The notes beneath the pieces were generated by a model. It did no database searches and had not been told where the DNA came from. It worked only from the letters and a program-made list of their open reading frames with translations. The translations under genes and the position numbers were made by a program. Shown here one piece after another: positions 43,090 through 55,565 of a stretch of DNA of 64,000 nt; within the stretch, counting starts at the first letter, position 1; each line of letters opens with the position of its first letter. Origin of the DNA: the human T2T-CHM13v2.0 reference genome, Homo sapiens. Location of the stretch: the NCBI RefSeq assembly GCF_009914755.1, contig NC_060936.1; one strand, 5' to 3'.

Positions 43090-43910
43090 AGGATTTTTCT
43101 CACTGTGGGTCCTACTTTCTAGCTTCTTTGTATGCCTGATGATACCTGATTGGATGCTGGACATTGTGAATTTAATCTTGTTGGGTATGGGTATTTCTGT
43201 ATTCTTATAAATAGTTTGAGCTTTGTTCTGAGGCACCCCTAAGTTACTTAGAAAGAGTTTGATCTATTTGGGTCTTGGTTATAAGTTTTGTTATCCTGGA
43301 TTAGAGCAGCCTTTTGGACTAATTTTGAGCCACTACTGAGTAGTCTACCTAATGTTCTGTGAATGATGAAGTTCTTCACTCTGGCTGGTGGGAAAACAAA
43401 TCATTCTCAATCCTGTGTGAACTCCAAATATTATTTCTTCTAATACTTTCAAGTGGTTCTTTTCTTGACCTTGAATGGTTCCCTCAGATACATATGCTAA
43501 TCAGTACTGGGTTGAAGACTGGAAGAGAACTCTCTTAAATCTCCAGGGCCCTTTCTCTGTGCAGTAATTTTCTTTCTTATAGTCTACCATGAGAACTCCA
43601 GCTGTTTGGTCTCCCTGAACCCTCAGCACTAACCTAAACTCAAGGGATCCACTGGGCTCTGACTGGGTTCCTCCTCCCTGCACCATGGGCTGGAAACTTC
43701 CTCCAGGCAGTAAGCTGGGGCTGTCACATATGGCTCGTCTTACATATTCCTTATGTCTCAGAGATCTTCTCATGTCTCAGAGACTTTTGTTGTCTGATGT
43801 TAGATGTCTTTTTAAAAAGTGTCTTTTATATATTTCGACCTTTTTGGAAAGTTGTTTCAGCAGAAGGGTAAATTCCTGTTACTTCGCCTTGATCAGAGAT
43901 GAAAGTGTCT
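43090..43910 (-). mobile_element. Old L1M (L1MC4-type) 5' region
   Basis: Reverse homologue of 17396-18050, e.g. 'ctggaaacttcctccaggcagtaagctgggg'. Confidence 0.7.
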
Positions 43911-43932
43911 TATAATTATTGAATTTTGATTA

Positions 43933-44280
43933 TACTATGGTCTGAATGTGTGTATCTTCTCAAAATACATATGTTGAAATTGTAACCTCCAAGGTGATGG
44001 TATTAGAAGGAGGGACCTTTGGGGAGTGATTAGCTCATAGTGGTGAAGCCCTCATGAATGAGATCAGTGCCCTATAAAAGAAAGCTCCTTATTCCCTTCT
44101 GCCATGTTAGAACATAGCAACAAAAAAGCCATCTGTGAACAAGAAAGGAGGCCCTCACCAATGAATTTTGCCAGCACCTTGATCTTATACTTCCCAGCCT
44201 CCATAGCTGTGAGAAATAAATTTACTGTAAGCCACCCAGCCTATGGTATTTTGTTATAGCAGCCCAAGCCGACTAAGGCA
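43933..44280 (+). mobile_element. MLT1A0-like solo LTR
   Basis: 'tactatggtctgaatgtg...ttgttatagcagcccaagccgactaaggca'. Confidence 0.9.
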
Positions 44281-44970
44281 AACTGTGTTACTAAACCCTG
44301 TTATCTTTAATAGCAGGGCTTTGCATGCGTAGTGCCTGGCACTGTATTGTGTTTCACACACAGTAGTTTCTCAACAACTTTTTTAAACAAATGACTGTAA
44401 TGACAGAAAAGTGAAGAAGAGAGAGTCAGAAAATTAAATGGATTCTACATCTTGTATAGGGGTCTCCAGAACACTGTTATTGCCAGTACTCTCTTCAAAC
44501 ACAAGGTTGAATGCTTTCTAATACTAACTTTAAAGTAAGGCTGCCTACAAAGCCACATAACAAATGGAAATCAATACATAGCACATGTATTATTTATCAC
44601 TATTAATCAGAGCCCACAAAAATATGCTATAATAATGTGAAAATCAAACAACATAGTTTGAGTTAGTCTGATAATAAGAAGTACTGAAGCTCCCTGAATT
44701 ACAGAGATTCTTTCATTGATAACGATTTGACCTCTTCTGGCTATACTGCTATGTTGTGGGAAGAGAATTAAATGATGTTTAACTAAAGAAATATTTCAGT
44801 AATTGCTTTCATTAAATATCTCATGTAGATTGTTATACAAGAAATTACTACCTGACAACCTGACAAACCTGCACTCTTTAGTGGAAGAAAATGATATCAG
44901 ATTAACCAATATTAGCATTAAATCCCTAATTTTACAAAAAGCTGTCACTAGCAGAGATGGCTTAAAATAC

Positions 44971-45441
44971 TTTTATGGGTTGAATCGTGTTCTCTCAAAA
45001 TTCATACCTTCGAGTACTAACCCTGGAATGTGAGTACCTCAGAATGTGACTTTATTTGGAAATGCGGTTGTTGCAGATGGAATTAGTTATACGAAGTCTT
45101 ACTGAAATAGGCTGGACCCTAATCCAGTATGACTGACCTTCTTATAAAAAAGGGAAATTTAGACACAGACATGCACACAGAGAGAACGCCATGTGAAGAT
45201 GAAAGCAGAGATCAGAGTGATGCTTTTATAAACCAAGAAACACTAAAGATTGTCTGCAAACCAGTATAAGATAAGCAAGAAGTATGGAACAAATTTCTCC
45301 CTCACAGTATTCAAAAGAAACTAACCTTGCTGCCATCTTGATCTCAGACTTCTAGCCTCTAGAACTGTATGAGATAATAAATTTCTTTTGTTAAGCCACT
45401 CAGTTTGCGTTACTTTATTGTCATCTTTGCAAATTAATGCA
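44971..45441 (+). mobile_element. MLT1C-like solo LTR
   Basis: 'ttatgggttgaatcgtg...gtacctcagaatgtgactttatttggaaat...ccatgtgaagatgaaagcagagatc'. Confidence 0.85.
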
Positions 45442-45739
45442 AATACTAAGTTATTCAAGTTCAAATATACATTAAAGATTATCTAGTTCAAGGGCAGGAA
45501 GTTGGAAATTAGCATCTCTTGAGCTTCCACCCTGGTAATAGTATCTAAGTATTACATTTCCGTGATGTAAGTCTTCTCATCCTTGCTCTAAATTGAGACT
45601 CAGATTAAATATCTTGTTCAAATCAGAATTCAAACCCTTGTTTGTTCTATCCAAAGTCCGTATTTCTCCAATAATACTACAGTGCCCTTCAAATGTCAGA
45701 CATGGAAAAGGAAGGAAATGGAAGTGTAGAAGTCAGCTG

Positions 45740-45868
45740 ATGAACAACCTTAATTCTATCCACAACCTTAATTTCCCTTGGCCATGTAAGGTTATATATT
45801 TGAAGGCTCCAGGGATTATGACATGGGCATGTTTGTTTGAGGGGCGGGGCACTATTCTGCCTCCCACA
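45740..45868 (-). mobile_element. MLT1 LTR fragment
   Basis: 'ccagggattatgacatgggcat...ctattctgcctcccaca'. Confidence 0.6.
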
Positions 45869-45869
45869 G

Positions 45870-46047
45870 GTCTAAGGCAGGTTATATGGGGCTTATAACA
45901 AGCCCATGTCGAATTACAGCAGAATTCTTTAAGGTTTTGGAACAAAGCCTTCATCTTTATTCTCCTTTTGGGAAACAGCTAATAGTTTGGCTTGCTACTG
46001 GACTCTCATGGAGACTGAATCCATAACTATGGAATATCAGGTGAAAA
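45870..46047 (+). mobile_element. ERVL internal (pol/RNase H) fragment, left part
   Basis: 'ccttttgggaaacagc...ggcttgctactggactctcatggagactgaa' (degraded FEKQLLACYWAL.ETE). Confidence 0.65.
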
Positions 46048-46232
46048 CGTTTTGGAAGACAATTCTCCACGGGTCTCTCATGTTTCTGCACATCTCATTT
46101 TCAGGTCTATGTTTTGAACTCTCTCTAAGGATGTTTTCAGGGGAAACAGTCTTGGAAGATAGAGATTATGTGGCCCTCTGATGCAAAGTTTGTGCAAGTT
46201 TGCTAGCGGCCCCTTTTAAAGATTGGGGTTTC

Positions 46233-46529
46233 AGCTGGGTGTGGTAGCTCACACCTGTAATCCCAGCACTTTTTGGGGCACAGGTGGGAAGATTGCTTGA
46301 GGCCAGGAGTTCAAGACCAGCCTGACCAACATAGCAAGACTCTGCCTCTATAAGAAGTAAATTAGCTGGCAGGTGGTGTGCACTTGTAGTCCTAGCTGCT
46401 TGGGAGGCTGAGGCAGGGGTATCTCTTGAGCCCAGAAGTTGGAGATTACAGTGAACTATGATAAATCATGCCACTGTACTCCAGCTTGGGTGACAGAGCA
46501 AGACCCTGTCTCTGGAAAAAAAAAAAAAA
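46233..46529 (+). mobile_element. AluJ inserted in the 5' LTR
   Basis: Dimeric Alu with A-tail; approximate TSD aaagattggggtttc / aaaatttgtgtttc. Confidence 0.92.
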
Positions 46530-46795
46530 TTTGTGTTTCCTAAGTGCAGGCTTCCTCGGCTATTATACAAACCCATTGTGTGTGATCCATCTGGGCCCTC
46601 TGGGACTTTGAAGGAAAAGGGAACCAATACAGATATGCAGTTTTGTCTACCTACTCTGCCCTGAGTAATAGAGTTCTTTGTCTCTAACACAGGAATTTTG
46701 TGTCTTCTGGCAACATCTATGAAAATGATGGCAGGCTACTTTGTTAGCTTGTCAGAAGGGTAAAATCTCAGACCCTTGAAAGTTCTTGAAAGTTT

Positions 46796-46813
46796 TGGTG
46801 ACAAGGATGGGAT
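46796..46813 (+). other. Primer-binding site, tRNA-Ser(GCT)
   Basis: TGGTGACAAGGATGGGAT vs expected TGGCGACGAGGATGGGAT; both mismatches are CpG transitions; 4 nt after the LTR end. Confidence 0.75.
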
Positions 46814-47191
46814 GCTGACAGAGACCTGGCTTTCCACAAGAGAAAACGACAAGGGGCTTTTGTGAGCAGGGTTAGGGAGTATGGGATGTCTTCCCAGCAT
46901 CCAATAGTGAATGCTTTCACTCAAGCGGTGAGTTAGATGGGACACAGAGGATCTGCTGCTCTGCCTTACTATTCAGCAAGACTGAGGGCCAGGATGTAGG
47001 ATAGTAACAAGCTGCCTGAATGGTACGTTTGCTGTTCATTCTCCTCCAGGTATCAAGAGAAAGAGTAAGGGGTTTCTAAAGCTTAAAGCTCAAAGTTTTA
47101 GGTGGAACAGAAGCATTAGCATTTCACTGGGTTGAGCCATGATACAGTCACTCAAAACCAGAGTGCCTTGCTTGCTTACTCTTTTGGAGGA

Positions 47192-47199
47192 TCTCTCTT

Positions 47200-47236
<37 letters not shown>

Positions 47237-47247
47237 CTCTCTCTTTC
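47192..47247. repeat. (CT)n microsatellite
   Basis: Read directly. Confidence 0.95.
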
Positions 47248-47347
47248 TGTGATCCCATTCCTTCACTCTCACGTGACCCCAACTATAGCTACTTCCTGAA
47301 TGTGCTGGGGAACATCCTACACAGACCCAGGGGAGAAAGTGTACCTG

Positions 47348-47733
47348 TGATATTGTTTGGATTTGCGTCCCTGCCCAAATCTCATGTTGAATTGTAATCC
47401 CCAATGTTGGAGGAGGGACCTGGTGGGAGGTGATTGGATTATGTGGCCGGTGTCCCCCATGCTTTTCTCATGATAGTGAGTGAGTTTTCATGAGATCTGT
47501 TTGTTTAAAAAAAGTGTGTAGCTCCTCCCTCTTCATTCTTTTCCTCCTGCTCCAGCCATGTAAGACACACTTGCCTCCTCTCCAGCTTCCGCCATGATTG
47601 AAAGTTTCCTGAGGCCTCCCCAGCCATGCTTCCTGTACAGCCTGTGGAACTGTGAGTTAATTAAACCTCTTTTCTTTATAAATTACCCAGTCTCTGGTAG
47701 TTCTTTATAGCAGTGTGAGAACAGAGTAATGGA
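47348..47733 (+). mobile_element. MSTA-like solo LTR inside the provirus
   Basis: 'tgatattgtttggatttgcgtccctgcccaaatctcatgttgaattgtaatcccc'; TSD acctg/gcctg. Confidence 0.9.
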
Positions 47734-50175
47734 GCCTGGACCCTACTGATGGGGTTTGAGCAGGGATCCTGATGAGGGAGAGAAGCTAACAAGACCTGCT
47801 GAGTGGGCCCTTCAGCCACTTCAAAGTATTGGTTTTGTTTTTGTTTCCACTAATTGATGTGTTCCTTGCTGTACTTCCTTGTCACATTAGTGCCAAGGCA
47901 GATTATCCCAGTCTGGGAAAAGCTGCAGATAGAGAACTGGTAGTGGGGACAAATTCCATTGCCATTTGTCACCGGAAGGCTTCAGGATTGAATATGAATA
48001 TTATCTCTTCCTTCGGATATCCAAAATGTTCACTATAGAGATGGAGACCTTTTGTCAAATCAGAAGTCCCAGTCTCAGTAACCCTGACTAAGATGTGCAC
48101 CACACCTCTACCAAAAGTGATGGCTGATAAACTCTGAGAAAACTTGGCATTGCCAAGTAAAGCCTTTTGGAGCTATGAGGATGGATTCATAAAGCTCAAT
48201 TCAATCATTGGTCAAGGAACAACTGTTGTTTCTTTGGTGTCTCACCACCAAAAAGGAGGTGCAGCACCTTGTTGGACCAACTAGGTACTGGAGAGGGTAC
48301 AAGTCTCTGGAACTGATGATTTTACCAAATACAGCCTTTAGCAAAGGGAGGAAGCCTCCCCCTGGAGGCAGCTCTTGTCGCTTTAAATTTGTGGCTTTAG
48401 ATTCCAGATAAGTCTACAAGGTGCACACATTGTGAAAAGCAGCTACTAGCTTGCTACTGAGCTTGTGTTAAAACTTTATTCCTGGCCACGAAAGCCTTGC
48501 GATTCTCTGGCTTGACGTTCCATTTGGAGTGGGTTAATTTGGAGTCAATAACTAATGAGGTAGACAGGGCTGAGAAGAACTTGTCAAATGGGAATGGTAT
48601 ATTTAAGAATGTACCCTGCCTGGCTGTAGCAGCAACTCAGTTTTACATGAAAACGTGACAGCTATCCTTCTGGGAGAAACTTTATCTCCTGTTCCTCAAC
48701 GTGAAACTAAGCTACTGGTTCAATAAGGCCCTGATTTTCAAAGATTCTCCTAAATTCCTGGGTCTGGTTTACCAATGTTGACATTTTTTTCAGGCTACTG
48801 ATTAGCTGACTCCAGATGCACCACTGTAGGCCCTGAAATAAATCTGTGACATATCTTCGGCTTTCCAAACCATTTGCCATCAAATAATAATGCAGCTTTT
48901 TATCACAAAAGCTACCTCCCTTAGTTCCGGTTCCCCTAATCCATGCACCTTAGCAATGCAGTTTGGTCATTGGATGCAGCTGTTCCCAGAAACAGCTAAT
49001 CTCTTTTCAGCTGCTTGCAGGGTGATAACCAGAATGAGAGAGGCGGGAGGTCTTACAGATGTATTTTGAAAATTCAGAATTCCATCTTGAGCATGACTGC
49101 AAATGATGCATTCTTTATATTTCCCAACAAGAAATCCAGGTGAGCCTGGTGGGCCCATCCTCCAGGTAGAAATTTATCCAGAAGAGAGCCTATGGAAATC
49201 AAGCTTAATTCTGGGTAATTTGATTTTAAAAAATGCCCTGGTACGTCTGGGACCTGACCCTTCCAGATGAGGAGTCTGGGTAAAGCATGACTGGGGAAAA
49301 GGAGAACTTATAGCTACTGAAATGGGACACACTGATTTTGTGGTAAGGGAGGGATAACAATATGCTGGCACCTGAAGATGGGCCTCCTTACACACTGGAA
49401 AGTGTGAGAAAGGGAGGGACATTAATGCTTTCAGCATCTTCCTCCAAAGGGACAACACCAGTGCCTTAAAATGAACTGCATGCTGGCATGCCACTCCCAG
49501 CCAGATGGCTTTAACCATGACTTGAATGTCACTGCCTGTACCTGGACCATGAAGTTTATCAGACGCAGCAGGGAATGGCCTGGGTTCCATCACCTCCCAC
49601 ACAAAGCATGAGTCAACAGCTCTGGATGTCTTCTCCACTCCTTATTTACTGTGGTAGGTAAATGACACCTAGCTGATGGCATGGATGAATAGGATTCCTC
49701 CTCAGGCAGCTCCTCCAACAAGTACTAGACCCAATTATTCACAATGAACTAAGAACCATAAGGCTCACCAGCCAGAAAAGAGGCCACGTACAACGCACTG
49801 TGAGCCTGTGTCATTGATTAATCTCTCTCTGAGTGTCCCAACACCTGTAAGCACTTTCCTTCCAGAAACACTGTGAGTACCCTTAGGATTGTACTTCTTT
49901 AGTGGAATCCAGACATTAATTTGTTTACCTCCTTAAAACACAAACCCACTGTGCATGCAGGAACCATCTGGGTCTACTTCCATATTGATCCCCTGGGACT
50001 TCGGGGCAAAAGAAATTGATACAAACATGAAGTTTACGCTCCCTGCTTGCCATGAGTCATAAAGTCCTTTGTCTCTGATCCAGGAGTCTCGTGTCTCCCT
50101 CCTGTGAAACTGTGGCAGTCTAACCTCTTAGCTTGCAGTTAGGATAAAGTCTTAGATCCTTCATAGGTATTGACA

Positions 50176-50600
50176 AGCTGCAATCATGAACTGGGTGTTA
50201 TCACTACTTTCGACTGTAAAGTTGGACACACACAGTAGCAGTCAAATGGAAATAGCATCCACAGAAACAGTTATAAGCTGGCTGGCCAGAAGGCCAAAGT
50301 TAGTTACATGAGCCTTTGGTTTTTCTAGTGCTACGTTGCTTCCCCTTTCTTAATTCCTATGGCTTTATGGAGAATTTCCTATGATCAGTTGACTGGGCAT
50401 GAAGAAAATCTCAAGCCTAGTATAATGGCTTTTCTTGATAAGTTAGCACAAGCTGAAGTGGACTGCTGTGGTATTACAGCCCCATTCAGTATGACCCTAG
50501 AATCTTCTCAGTAGGTCTACAGTGATTTCTGGCTAGTGACTAATAATCTGGCTGGGTCTTCAGTTTATATGTAGAAATACTCTAAAAATGGGACCAGAAC
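50176..50600 (+). mobile_element. ERVL internal fragment, right part (continues 45870-46047)
   Basis: 'agctgcaatcatgaactgggtgttatc', 'ttcctatgatcagttgactg', 'aagtggactgctgtggtattacagcccc'. Confidence 0.65.
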
Positions 50601-50729
50601 ATGAGAATATTCACATCTCAGATGATTACTCAACAAAAATTTTTCCCAAAATTATGCCATCTGCATGTAATTTATCATAATTTTTTCTTTATATATCTGA
50701 ACTTTGCTGCATTCAAGAATCTGCATTTC

Positions 50730-50855
50730 TTTCTTTCTCTTTCCCTCCATCCCTCCATCCCTCCCTTCCTCCCTTCCTTCCTTCCTTCCTTTTTTTTTCT
50801 TTCTTCTTTAGAGACAGGGTCACTATGTTGTCCAGACTGGCCACTGCACCTGACT
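50730..50855 (-). mobile_element. Internally deleted FLAM/Alu monomer with tail turned into (CTTC)n-type repeat
   Basis: 'agagacagggtcactatgttgtccagactgg|ccactgcacctgact'; TSD aagaatct(g/a)catttc at 50715-50729 and 50856-50870. Confidence 0.85.
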
Positions 50856-52524
50856 AAGAATCTACATTTCACTAGTCAGTCATTTTCATAGCAAATTTGT
50901 GGTAAAAATAGCTATTCATAGGTGCCAATGGTCTATATATTTTATAGAAGCTATCAACAGCCCTAAATTCTCACTAACTTTCAAGATCTAATCTCATTTT
51001 GTCTGGCTTATCCTAATTTTATTTAGAAAACTTACCAAACTTTTCGTTTCTGTTCTGACATGTCATAATACACTAAAAACTACTCCAAATAATTATATCT
51101 CAGCATATTTAATTGCTTCACCAAGTAGTTTTTGTGGTCTTACAATTTATACAATATTGTCTTAGGGTTTAGGGAATGGGAAGATACAGGAGACAGAATC
51201 CTATCCTTAGAACATTAGCAATTATAGAAAGTTTCACCATTCACTCAGTAAAAGATTCTCTTAAAATTCTAAAATGTTTGAATCTGAAGAAAATGCTAAA
51301 AGACTCATAGCAGGAATAACATTCTCTAGGGTACAAAAAGACAATATTAGCCTAAAGATCAACTAATGCTCATAGACTGCCTCCCCCACTAAACCACCTA
51401 CATTCTGTTAAATATAGATACAAAGCCAGAAAGTCATATTTAGATTAATTCAGAGTTCTTTATGTTTCTTACTGACAGCCTTATGAGCTGTTCAATTTCT
51501 GCTCTAAGAAATTTGAATGGTGGTGTCTCAAAATTTTTAACTTTTTATTTCTATTTTGTTTAATAAGCACTTTTCATAAACCATCATTTCAACTATTAGT
51601 TGTTCTGTTACAACATTTCACCTAATTTTGGAAGACTTAAAAAAAAAAAAACTAGTCTCCAACAGGCAAGGGAATTATCATCTACTGCAACATTAACTAG
51701 AATGAAGTTAAAATTAGTAAAACTTATTTCAAAAGTTGGCATTTTCTTTACAATTCTTCCCAATGTTTTTCTTTCCTAACAATTTGTTATAATTTTTTAA
51801 ATCTTCACAAAAATGATATACCTGCTGCACAGCTAGGTTATAATGACTGCACAGCTAAGATTTCCAAGTATCTTGCTCTTTGCTCAGTATATTTCTTTGC
51901 TCCTTGAGAAAAGGTTATTGTACAATAATTACACACCTTGTCATACCTTATTACTTTAGTATTTTACATTCTTCCCTGTTACCTTATTAGTAAAAAGGAA
52001 GGGGTGTGACACAGGACTAACAGCTGTATGGACAAAAACAAGCCCTTAATAATTCCTGGCTCCAATCAGAAGCACCAATTATGATGAACATAATTAGATT
52101 AAATGAATAAAAAATATAGCTAATATATCCAACTACCTTCAGATTTCTTTCCTCTTCTTCTCCAGAATATAGACTTTTAATAAGAAAGAGTTGAGAAGAT
52201 TAGTGTTAAGCAGCGGGAAATGAAGAGGAAGGACTTCATTCCTTATTCCATATCTAACTTCCTCACTATCTAAATTCTGGTTGTCATTTAAGCAGAAGAT
52301 CATAGAATCAGCCTATGCTATTCCTTGTTTCCTTCTCTATCTCCCAATTTTTAGTTATTTTTCTCTTCCTTAACTCATTAAGACCAACAGCTAAAGGATA
52401 TCATCTCAACTTCCACTATAATTGTTCAGGAATTATTCAGTATTATTATGTCAGTCTCAGATGAGCCCTGGCACACTATTTCAGGTAATCAATAAGAGGA
52501 CAAAACCTGCTCAGATAGCAACTC

Positions 52525-52980
52525 ACTCATTCAAATACTTATTGAATTCACATTATGAACCAGGCCCTGGTCAAGTACTACAAATTAACTGATGAGAAAG
52601 ACAGACATAATCCATGCACTCATGAAGCTTATGGTCGAGAACAGATAAATGCTGAACAAGAAATTAAGGTGCAAAGGTCATGAAGGAGAAGTATAGGCTA
52701 GAAGCATGTACTGAGGAACTAAACTATTCTAGGGGGGGACAAATTGACTTGGAGAAAGTGAGGAAAGGCATCCTAGTAGGAAATAAAACTTTAAATTAAT
52801 CACTGAAGCCCTGCGAAGTTAGGGAAAATGTTTGAAAATGGGAAAAGGAAGTTGATGAAGATTAAAAACAATTCAGGAAGAGAAAACCTTTGCAAAAGCC
52901 TAGAAAAGGGAAACTGTATGCCACAGTCCATGAACTGAAAGAGAGTTAATACGACAGGAGTGTTGAGAACACATGGGACT
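52525..52980 (-). mobile_element. L2 (reverse)
   Basis: 'cactcattcaaatacttattga...ccaggccctgg...agacagacataatccatgcactcatgaagcttatgg'. Confidence 0.7.
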
Positions 52981-52994
52981 TTCCTTAAAGGATT

Positions 52995-53895
52995 TCCTTA
53001 AATCTCTGTCCTAAGCCCACTTTTCTTCTCATTTTATACTGTTTTTTATGACTTCAATGGACCATTGCTTTTATTATGACCTATAAGGTCATACTTTTAC
53101 AATTTTATTTCTGAATGTCTCACATTTCCTTTGAACTCTAGATTATTATATGCTACAGTCTACTCAAGGTTTCCAATTGACTTCTTCAAAGGCACCCCAA
53201 TCCCATGTGTATAAAATCAGACTCATCCTCCTCCTTTGAAAATCAGTCCTCTTTCACTGGCCCCTGTCTTTCCATTATTTTGGCTTATAGAAAAGAAACA
53301 GGAGTAATTTTGAACAATTGTCTCCATCCTCCTCCTGGTGATGGACTGCATGCTTGTGATCCCCACCCCCAATTCTTATGTTGAAACCCTAATCCCTCCT
53401 CATTATGGTGGTATTTAGAGCAGGGACTTTTGGGAAGTAATTAGACTTAGATTAGGTCATGAGGGCAGGGCCCTCATGATGGGATTAAGGCCCTTATACA
53501 AAGAGAAAAAGGACAGGGGATCCATCTCTCTTGGCTCTGCCATATAAGGATACAGCAAGAAAGCAATAATTAACTTTTGTACACGAGAAAACAGGCCCTT
53601 ACCAGATTCAAATATGTTGGCACCTTAATCTTGAACTTTCCACATTCACCCAACCTCTGGAACTGTGTGAAATAAATGCTTGTTGTTTAAACTGCCCAGT
53701 CTATGGTTTTGTTATAGCAAGATGAGCAAAGATACTCCTTTACACATCCAATCTGTAATCAAACATCTTTGTCTTAATCATCACCACCTTAGCCTACATA
53801 ATTATCAAATTACCACTGGAGTATTAAAGACATACTGCCTAGTTTCTCTCCATTCATTCTAGCTATGCAATATTTATTCTCCACACTGCAACATT
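52995..53895 (+). mobile_element. L2 fragment interrupted by MLT1A
   Basis: 'ctctgtcctaagcccacttttcttctc', 'cacatccaatc'-like segment, 'tattctccacactgca'. Confidence 0.55.
53337..53734 (+). mobile_element. MLT1A/MLT1A1-like solo LTR
   Basis: 'aggtcatgagggcagggccctcatgatgggatta'; 5-bp TSD ctcct at 53332-53336 and 53735-53739. Confidence 0.85.
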
Positions 53896-53911
53896 AAAAT
53901 AATTCACTACA

Positions 53912-54206
53912 GGCCGGCACAGTGGCTCCCACCCGTGGTCCCAGCTCTTTGGGAGGCCAAGGCGGGTGGATCACTTGAGATCAAGAGTTCAAGACCAGCT
54001 TGGCCAACATGGTGAAACCCCATCTCTACTAAACATACAAAAATTAGCTGGGCATGGTGAAGCATGCTTATAGTCCCAGCTACTCTGGAGGCTGAGGCAC
54101 GAGAGTCGCTTGAACCCGGGGGACGGAGGTTGCAGTAAGCCAAGGTCGTGCCACTGCACTCCAACCTGGGTGACAGCAGCACTCTATCTCAAAAAAAAAA
54201 AAAAAA
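53912..54206 (+). mobile_element. AluS (AluSz-like)
   Basis: Dimeric Alu 'gatcacttgag...ggccaacatggtgaaacccc', A16 tail, degenerate TSD. Confidence 0.93.
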
Positions 54207-54460
54207 TTATGCGCTACAATATACATTTTCTGCTTCTGTTTAGGATGGAAAATGCTAGAAAGAAAATATCTTCTAATCTTAAAAAAACAGGATAATCTGC
54301 AAAATCACATGATTTTTTTTAACCACATATTGAGCAAAAATCACAGAGTAAACCACTAGCCTGAATCTAAGGAATACAGGTGCTTGCAAAGAGAGCATGT
54401 GCCAACACAGAGCACTGGTAAGAATAATTCAGCTAAAAATGTTAAGACATAGGAGAAAGC

Positions 54461-55565
54461 TCAGCCACCATCATACTGAATGGGCAATACTGAATGGGCA
54501 AAAGCTGAAAGCATTCCCCTTCAGAACCAGAACAAGACAATGATGCCTACTCTCACCACTCCTATTTAACATAGTACTGGAAGTCCTGGCCAGAGCAATC
54601 AAGCAAGAGAAAGAAATAAAAGACAAATAAGAAGAGAGGAAATCAAACTATCTCTGTTGGCAAAAGACATGATTCTATACCTAGAAAACCCCATAGTCTC
54701 TGTGCAACTGCTCCTAGATCTGATAAACTACTTCAGCAAAGTTTCAGAATACAAAATTAATGTACAAAATCAGTGGCATTTCTGTATACCAATAATGTCC
54801 AAGCTGAAATCCAAATTAAGAATGCAATTTCATTCACAACAGTCAAAAAAGAATAAAATATCTAGGCATACAGCTACTCAGGGAGGTAAAAAATCTCTAC
54901 AATGAGAATTATAAACTGTCTATGAAAGAAATCAGAGATGACACAAACAAATGGAAAAACATTCCATGCTCATGGATAGGAAGAATCAGTATTGTTATAA
55001 TGGCCATATAGCCCCCCAAAATTTATAGATTCAATGCTATTCCTATTAAACTACCAAAGACATTCTTGACAGAAATAGAAAAAACTATTATAAAATACAT
55101 ATGAAACCAAAAAGAACACAAATAGCCCAAGCAATCTTAAGCAAAAGAACAAAGCTGGAGGCATCACGTTACCTGAGTTCAAACTAGACTAGAAAGCTAC
55201 AGTAACTAAAACAATATGGCACTCATACAAAAACAGACACATAGACCAATGGAACAGAATAGAAAGCTCAGAAATAATGCCACACTCCTAAACTATCTGA
55301 TCTCTGACAAAGTTGAGAAAAACAAGCAACGGGGAAAAGGACTGCCTATTCAGTAAAAGTGCTGGGATAACTAGTGGCCAACCAGCATATGAAAAAATGC
55401 TCAGCATCACTAATCGTTAGAGAAATGCAAATCAAAACTGCAATGAGATACCATCTCATTATGACAGTCAGAATAGCTATTATTAAAAAGTCAAAAATTA
55501 ACAGATGCTGGTGAAGTCGCAGAGAAAAGGAAAGGTTTATGCGCTGCTGGTGGTAATGTAAATTA
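54461..55565 (+). mobile_element. Younger L1 (L1P/L1PB-like) ORF2 fragment inside the L1M 5'UTR
   Basis: Collinear with L1PA4 10570-12105 except for a ~430-bp gap at about 55375; no 3'UTR or poly(A). Confidence 0.85.

Larger units (their letters stand above)
46049..50175 (+). mobile_element. Degraded class III (ERVL) provirus with MER76-like LTRs
   Basis: 5' LTR 46049-46791 and partial 3' LTR about 49930-50175 are mutually homologous; PBS follows the 5' LTR; pol remnants LTTKKEVQHLVG and EKQLLACY. Confidence 0.8.

Noticed and set aside
49174-49638. 154-aa minus-strand ORF
   Set aside because: Antisense to degraded ERV internal sequence; no motif
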